Shown here piece after piece: positions 55,583 to 64,000 of a stretch of 64,000 bases of DNA. The notes beneath the pieces were generated by a model, which was not told where the DNA came from, ran no database searches, and worked only from the letters and a program-made list of their open reading frames with translations. This stretch comes from Piromyces finnis finn (lineage: Eukaryota; Fungi; Neocallimastigomycota). How positions within the stretch are numbered: the first letter of the stretch is position 1; each line of letters starts with the position of its first letter. The stretch is from assembly GCA_002104945.1 (NCBI GenBank), contig MCFH01000078.1:1-64000 (forward strand), written 5' to 3'. A program made the translations under genes and the position numbers.

Positions 55583-56237
55583 ATAAAACATTATTCAATT
55601 TTAAACAAATAATTATAATAAAGCTAAATTATCCACAATTTTCAATTTTTTTACCACAAGAAATTAAAAAAAAAAAAAAAAGTGATTTTACAATTATTAT
55701 AATTTTTTTACTTTATATATATATAAACAGTGAATAGTAATAGTAAAAAAATTATAATACTTGTAAAGCAAATTGTCATTTGATAGTAAAAAAAAAAAAA
55801 AAAAAAAATTAAATAGTATTATACCCTTTTTTTTCGATAAAAATTTAATAATAGCTCATTGGAAAAAATATTTATTATATACAATTAAAAAAATAAACGA
55901 AAAACGAAAAACAAAAATATATTTCAAAAATATTTAATATAATTTTATTATTTAACAATAAATTATACCTTTTTTTTTTTTTTCCTTCATTCTTTTAAAT
56001 AGAATAAAAAACGAAACATTTAAAATTAAGAAATTAAAAATATTAAAAAAAAAGGAAAAAAATAATATTAAGAAATTAAAAAATAATTCTATACATATAT
56101 ATATATAAATACAATACTTATTATATATTATTTTTTAAAATAAAAAATAAAAAAAAATAAAAAAAATAATAATATTCTTCTCCCCTCCCCTCTTTAGAAT
56201 ACTTTATATCTCATAGTAATATATTATACATTCGAAA

Positions 56238-57024
56238 ATGCCTTTATTTAAAAAGTTGAGTAAAAATCAAAGTGTAAGAAAGGATGAAAATAATATGACC
56301 GACAATATTTTACAAAATAATACCATAGAAAATGACAATATTCATACGAATGACAATACGACAACGAAAGAAAAGCTAATTATACTGAAAAATAATTCAC
56401 AGGATTTTTTGATGGAAGAACCAAAAGAGGCCAATACCTCAACAACCGATACTATTCCAAGTAATGATAATGTGGTACTACAACATTCGATAAATTGTTG
56501 TTCCCCTCAAAAAATTAGTAATGAAGATCTTCATGAAACCGATTCTACAAACCTAACTCACGGTCCCACAGCTACTGACGGAAATAAAAATACAAAAAAA
56601 ATTCATGGTACAGTAGCTTTTAATTCAAATCAGAATTTTAATAATAATGAAGAGGAGGATACGGTTGAACGTGTTCCAAGTGTACCTAAATTAAATATTG
56701 CCCATAAAAGAAATAGTATTTTTAGAAGTTTTTCGAAAATGAGAAGAAAGTCAAAATCTAGTGAAGATAAAAAATATAAATCCACTCCGTAAATTTTTTA
56801 ATAGTTTTTATAATATATATATATTTAGATTTAGATGTTTAGATATTATTTAAATTATTATAGTTATAAATAGCCTTTTTCTTTTATACCATTTTAAATA
56901 TTTTAAAAGATAAATTTCTACTTGTTATAATAACAAAAATCTTTTTTTTTTTTTTATAAATATATATAATATAATTTAAAATTTTTTTTTTTTTCATATA
57001 CTATTTTCATAAAAATATACATAC

Positions 57025-57055
<31 letters not shown>

Positions 57056-58858
57056 TATATATAATAATTAACTATGCTTATTAATTATAAAGACATTTAG
57101 AAAGTGATTCAAAATCAACAAAATCACCACTAACAAAATCAAATTCTGTCAAAACATCGGCTAAAAATTCACCTATTGAAGATGATTCCATTAAAATGAA
57201 ACGTTATAGATCAGTACCTGATACAAAAAGTCATATTAAACATAGTACAAGTTCTAAAAAAAAGAAATATGAAGGATCATTAAATATAAATACAAATAAT
57301 ATTGACCATAAACAGGGTCCAATGACCATTTCTTGTGATTTTCCTGTTAAAGAAACAAATACTATGGTTAGAGATTTTGATCCAAAAACCGGTAGAAAAA
57401 TGATTAATAATTATGTTGTTGTTAAGGAGGTTGGAAGAGGTTGTCACGGAAAAGTTAAATTGGTTTATGATAGTGATACAAATGAACAATATGTAAGTTT
57501 TTACTATTACAATTATATATATATAAACATACATATTACTTATCTATACCTATGGAATCTTTTTTTTTTTTTTTTTGTTATTACTAACCTTGTTACTAAC
57601 CTTATTATTATTATTTTTTTTTCTTTTATTTAATTTTTATTATATCTTATTATTTTTTAATTCCTATTGCATTATATTCTGTCATTTAAAATTCTTGATA
57701 TTTTTAAAAAAAAAATGGTTCGATAAATATTAAAGGCAATGAAAATTGTTAATAAGAAATTAAGACGTAGATTTTATTATAGAATGGCGTTAAGTCATCA
57801 ACACGATGCTGTAAATCCACATATGGAAAAAATTAAAAGAGAAATTGCCATATTGAAAAAATGTTCTCATCCTCATGTTGTAAGGTTAAAGGAGGTGATC
57901 GATAGTCAGGAATCCGAAAAAATATATATCAGTAAATTTTTAATTTCTATTTCATTTATTCTCTGCTTATTATTATTATTATTATTATTTTCATCAGTTT
58001 ATGCTTAGAATCATCATCATCATCATCATCATTATTAATATTATTATTATAATTATTATAATTATTACTTTTTCCTTTTTTAAAAGAAAGGAAAATATTA
58101 AAAAAAAATTAATATTGAAATGAAACCTACATCTTTTTTTTTTTTTTTTTAATTAATATAACTAACTTTAAAATATATTAATATTGCAAAAAGTCATTTA
58201 TAAATATTAATTTATTATTATTATTTTTAATAATAACAGTATTAGAATATTTAGATGGTGGTGAGGTGAAATGGCAAGTAAGTCCAGAAGAACCTAAGCC
58301 TGTCATGACACAAGATGTCGCCAGAAGAGTATTTAGAGATGTTATATCCGGTGTTGGTTATCGTAAGTTAATTTTATTAGGAAAAAAAAAGCGTAATTGA
58401 AATTAATACTATTAAGCAACAACAACAACAACAACAACAATAATAATAAAATTTTTTTTTGTATATCTTTATATTTAACTATAAATACTCTACTGTGTGT
58501 GGAATATTAGTTCATCATCAAGGTATTGTTCACAGAGATATTAAACCAGCTAATCTATTATGGACCAGTGATGGTCATGTTAAAATTAGTGATTTTGGTG
58601 TGAGTTGCTTTATGAATACGGATAATCCAAACCTTACTTCCCAAGAACGTAGAAATAATGAATTAGAATTAGCAAAAACAGCCGGTAGTCCAGCTTTTTT
58701 TGCACCAGAATTATGTGGAATAAGTAATTTTGATTTGTTATTTAGTTTATATATAACATAGTATTTTTTTTTTTTTTTTAAAAAAAATTTTTTTCATCAT
58801 TAAAAAACAAGTGTTAAATACCTCTTTTTTTTATTAATACCCTTTTAATTATATACTA

Positions 58859-58895
<37 letters not shown>

Positions 58896-61255
58896 TTTCT
58901 CTATAAAAGATGATGATGAAATATCAAATACTATTACTCAATTTGCAGCATTATTAAATAGTAGAACATCAAATAAATCTCAATCAGCTTTTCCTCATAC
59001 ATCATCCAATGTTTCTTCTTATTCAAAATTAGATGCAATATTTGCACCACGTTCAATTCATACACCATCTATTATGTCACAATTATCGGATGGTTCATTA
59101 AATAAAGTTAATAATGAATCAAAATCCATTCTTATTCAAGATGACAAATCACAAATGGAGATGAATGATACAACGATTATTAATCAAACTTTTTTTAATG
59201 ATAAATCTTCCTATTCCTCATTACTTCATCCTCCTTCTTCCGAAAATAATGATAAAACAGAAGCACTAAATATTAGTGAAAAACCAAGTACCTTATCTTT
59301 ATTAAACCCAGACCTAACTAATCTTCCTCAAAAACCAAGATCTATTAAATGGGTTCAATACCCGTCCAAAAGAAGTTTATCTCTATCGGAGGGTACTAAT
59401 ATTAATATCATCAGTAAAAGTAGTTTGGACGATAAATTAAATTTAACCAATAATATTATATTGAATAAGAGTTATTCGGTACGAAGTAATCAATCGAGCA
59501 ATTCAAATCTTCACTATTCAAGCAATGAATCCCTCAATATCAAAAGAAAAATACCCGAAAATTTTAATGGAGAACCGAGAATGGTATATTCTTCCAGTTA
59601 TAATACCATAGATAGTAATAATCGAATTCGATTTGATCATGATACCAAATCATACCTTAAAGTTCAATCCAAATCCAATTTAAGTATAACAATGGATTCG
59701 ACCAATAATAATGAAGGAGTTGATGGCAATGTAAATACCAATAATATTACTTATGCTATTAATAGTTGTACTTCACCGACCGAATATGAAAAATCCCTAC
59801 CTACAGAATCCCCATTATTTATAAGAAGAAGATGTTCCCAATCTTCTGCTAAATCTAATAAAATGTCTCGATCTCAATCCTCTCTTTCATCAAAATTTAA
59901 TGGTAATCTATTATTATTATTATTATTATTATTATTTTGGGATTATATATATATATATATATCCATTAAAGTCCATCTTACCAATAGTATATATTAGCAT
60001 TGATATCGATAGAATGGACTGTGTGGATGATACAAAAAAAAAAAAAAAAAAAAAAAAAAAACAGTAGCAATCAATGATTTATTAAAAAAAAAAAAAAAAA
60101 AAAAAACAGTAGCAATCAATGATTTATTAAAAAAAAAAAAAAGTTTTTTAATCATTTAAAAAAAGAAAAATATCATCAATAATTTATTAAACAAATTATT
60201 TAATAATATATTTTATTATATTAATCAATTATTATATTTATTATTATTATTATTTTTTTTTTAATAAAAATAAATGCTACATGCCTTTATAGATAAAAAA
60301 GGAAATGGATCAAGTAGTGCCTTACGTGCAAAAGGATCCTATTCATCCTCTATAAGTCAATTTTCTAATAATAATGATAAGAATAAAGGGGAAGAACAAA
60401 CGAATGAACCTGAACCAAAAAGACCTACTCCTAATATTGATGGTAAATTAATTGATATATGGGCTATGGGGGTTACACTTTATTGTCTTATTTTTGGTAC
60501 TGTTCCATTTACAGCGAGTACTGAATTTGAATTATTATCAGTTATTTGTCATCAAGAGTAAGTTTTCATCTCTGGAAATTTAAATGCTGTTTTAGCAAAT
60601 AAATAATTTTTTTTACATTTACCTTTATCCTTCCCCTTTTTTTTTTTTTTTATTTTATTTTATTTCATATCACGTATATATATATATATATAATCAATAT
60701 ATTCTAATGTCATTTTATTTTATTTTATTTTATTTTTTTAATTCATAACCTATATATAAAGATTGAAATTTATTGAAGATATTCCAATTAGTGATTCATT
60801 GCGAGATCTTTTAACAAAAATTTTAACAAAGGATCCAAAAAAGAGAATTAGAATGAAAGAAATAGAAGTATGTACAATACGTAGGAAATATATCTACTTT
60901 AAAATGAACACTATATTCTATTCTATTCTAAATATATGTATATCTTGAATTTTGATAATATTAAATCAAAAAAAAATTAACTCTTTATAAATCATTTATA
61001 TATATTATATTTTTATTAAAGAACCATCCATGGGTAACAGAAGATATGACTAAAGAGGAAAGAAAAGAATGGTTAGAATTTGTTAGTTTGAATGATGATC
61101 CATTAGACGTTACAGAAGATGAAGTTAAGAAGGCATTAACCTTAAGAGTATGATTATACTATTATTAATAATAATAATAATAATAATAATATATATATAT
61201 TTCAATTTGAATTAAATAATAAAATTAATAGAAGGATTAACCATAACTTTATTTT

Positions 61256-61295
<40 letters not shown>

Positions 61296-61406
61296 GGAAC
61301 GTATTAAAAAAAGTTTTAGTAAATTTACTCATTCATTAAATTTTATTGGTGAATTCCGTAGAAGAACAAGAAGTATGCCATCTGTAAAAGGTTTGTATTT
61401 CAAAAT

Positions 61407-61440
<34 letters not shown>

Positions 61441-62224
61441 ATAATAATAATAATAATAATAAATATCATTAATAAATTTGTATATTTGTATACTATTTTA
61501 TTTAAATATCTTTATAATTTTAATAAAAATAATAGTAATGGATAAAGAGTTATTAAAACAAAACCAAAACCAAAACCAAAACCAAAATCAAAATCAAAAT
61601 GAAAACGATAAAAACGAAATTGCAGATTCGGCGATTCGTGAAAGTGTAGAAAGTATTCCTACGATTAGTATTGCAAATTCGAATAATAGTATTAATAATA
61701 CGACAAGTAATATGTCTATGACACTCAATCGTTATCAAATCAATCATAGTAATAAAAGTTCAAATCACGACATTTCCAGTTACCATAATTATCCTAAAGT
61801 TGATCAAGAGATTAAAATGAATCAACCGGATTCCTCTTTAAATATTAATTCACGTAGTGATTCTGATTCCGTTTCCAATAATATACATATTTTACCAGGT
61901 TTAAAACGAAGGAATACAGTAAATAATGAAATCCATGAATCTAATGTACGCTCCTCCCAAATTTATACTATACCAAAAACTTTTTTAAATAATGATATAG
62001 AAAATGTTAAAAATCCTTATCATGCTAATGAGGAAGAGGAGGAGGAGGAAGAAGAAGAAGCAGATATTAATGAAGATTCTAGTGGTGAAATCCTATATAT
62101 GTCTTTTGATAGAAAATCAAAAAGAAAAAATACCCAAATTGATTTAGATCATGATAACGATACTGACAATAACGACACTAAAAGTTCTAATCTTTCACCA
62201 AATAATGTAAATTTTGAAATTTAA
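56238..62224 (+). CDS. Ser/Thr kinase of the CaMKK / Snf1-activating group (Sak1/Ssp1-like); exons 56238-56788, 57093-57492, 57736-57931, 58240-58362, 58511-58723, 58910-59902, 60293-60557, 60762-60867, 61022-61147, 61297-61390, 61536-62224
   Basis: [93 protein letters not shown]. Junction phases are consistent. Confidence 0.9.
60061..60128. repeat. Poly(A)-flanked direct duplication of cagtagcaatcaatgatttatt in kinase intron 6
   Basis: Two identical copies separated by an A-run. Confidence 0.8.
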
Positions 62225-62519
62225 AAAAAAAAAAAAAAACTAACTAAAAAGTTTAATTTTTTTTTTTTTAATATTTATAATAGTTTTATTTTTTTAATTT
62301 TTCCCTTTTTTTTTTATTTTTATTTTTTTTTTTTTAAAAAAAGTAGTATCATCATTTAGAATTTCTTTTTCTTTTTAAGTTATTTATTTTTCATCTTTTT
62401 AAAAAATATTTATTTAAAAATAGTAATTATAATTAAATTTTAAATATAAATATAATTTAATGAATATATATATATATTTTTTTTTTTTGGCTTTTTTTAA
62501 AAAAAAAGTAATAATAACA

Positions 62520-62578
62520 ATATGAATATAATGAATAATAGCAATAATAATAGCAATAGCAATAGCAATAGCAATAGC

Positions 62579-62670
<92 letters not shown>
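62520..62670. repeat. (AAT)n / (AATAGC)n microsatellite
   Basis: Directly visible. Confidence 0.9.
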
Positions 62671-62674
<4 letters not shown>

Positions 62675-62798
62675 TGTATATTTATTTTTATTATATTATA
62701 GATTATAAAAAAAGGTACTGACTTTTAATTTCTCTTTTTTTTTTTTTTTTTAATAAAGAGAAAAGAAATAAATATTCAGTATTAATAATATATTTTTA

Positions 62799-62840
<42 letters not shown>

Positions 62841-63147
62841 TTTTATTTTATTTTAATCATTGACATTATACTCGTCATCTCTTTATAAGTAGTCTTGATA
62901 AAAAAAAATAAAGTAAAAATAACCAAAAGCAATATTTAAAGCAGATAGAAAAAAAACATTTATAAAATGCCTTTCCTATTTTTTTTTATTAAATATATGT
63001 GGCTTACATTTACAAATATATAAATACGCCGCATTATAGTTTTAAATTTTATTTCATTTTTAATTATTTTATTTTAATTTTTTTTTTTTTTAAATCCAAT
63101 TCATTTCATTTTTTCTATAATTTTAGGAAAAAAGAATAAAATTAAAA

Positions 63148-63717
63148 ATGATAACCAAAGAAGATAAAAATAAAGAAAGATTTCAATTGGAATTGGAATT
63201 TATTCAAATGTTATCCAATCCTTTATACCTTCATTGTAATTTTTTTTTTTTTTAAAAATTTGAAATTTATGAAATACATTGCTAAAAAAATATTTGTTTT
63301 TTTTTTTTTTTATATAAATCAAAATATATAAATAAATACACAATAATAACAACAACAATAAAAAGGGCTAGCCCAAGAAGGTTACTTTAATAAACCAGAA
63401 TTTATTAATTACCTTGAATATTTAAAATATTGGAAAAATGAAGAATATTCAAAATTTATAATGTAAAAATCTAGTTTTTTTTTTTTTTTTTAAAAAAATT
63501 ATTTATATGAATATAAATATGCATATATAGTAACAACAACAACAACAACAATAAATGTATCATTTGCTAAGTATATATATATATTATTAAACAAATGTAA
63601 TGGTTTAGGTTTCCATATTGTCTTGCTATATTAGATTTACTTCAACATAAAGAATTTCGTGATTCTTTAGCTAATAATGACTTTGCTTTAAATATACATA
63701 AAAAACAATTTAATCAT
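63148..63717 (+). CDS. MED31: Mediator subunit 31 (Soh1), 5' exons about 63148-63235, 63366-63462, 63610-63717; the last exon is not found inside the window and the start codon is uncertain
   Basis: RFQLELEFIQMLSNPLYLH / WLAQEGYF..PEFINYLEYLKYWK.EEYSKFI / FPYCLAILDLLQHKEFR. Confidence 0.9.
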
Positions 63718-64000
63718 GTATGTATTTTTTTTTATTCCTCAATCTCCTCCTCTTTTTACTCTTTTTTTTTTTTTTTTTAATTTATATAAAAGTTTTTTTT
63801 TCTAATTTTTTTTAAAAAAAATATATATTAATATTAATATTTTTTTTTTCAAATATAATATTTTCTATTAAAAAAAAAAAAAATAGTGGAAGTATTATAG
63901 ATATAATAAAAATCGTTCTTTAAAAATGAGTTTCTAAAATTACTTTTATATACCAACAATTTTCTCCCTCCTTTTATAAGAAAAAGAAGAAAAGGAAAAT

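Overview
Extremely AT-rich eukaryotic genomic DNA with short GT-AG introns. A GH9 cellulase carrying three fungal (non-catalytic, CBM10-like) dockerins identifies it almost certainly as an anaerobic gut fungus (Neocallimastigomycota). The window opens with a non-LTR retrotransposon locus: an intact single-ORF APE-RT LINE (3645-8171, -) joined tail-to-tail to a frameshift-riddled near-identical copy (1-~3400, +), forming a palindrome with arms of more than 3.2 kb, plus a structured 124-bp tandem repeat upstream of the intact element. Host genes reconstructed by hand: eIF4A (-), an SH3-DH-PH Rho-GEF (+), a Psr1/SCP-type phosphatase (+), a cellulosomal GH9 (-), an orphan secreted Cys-rich protein (+), an intronless Bacteroidota-like cofactor-independent phosphoglycerate mutase (+, probable HGT), a Voa1/Ac45/Big1-like ER membrane protein (+), a Sak1/Ssp1-like CaMKK kinase (+) and the 5' part of MED31 (+). 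Also present are a PNS1/CTL-like pseudogene fragment, a diverged LINE relic missed by the ORF track, and several satellites. Exon coordinates were read by eye and family calls come from motif recognition; no database searches were run.
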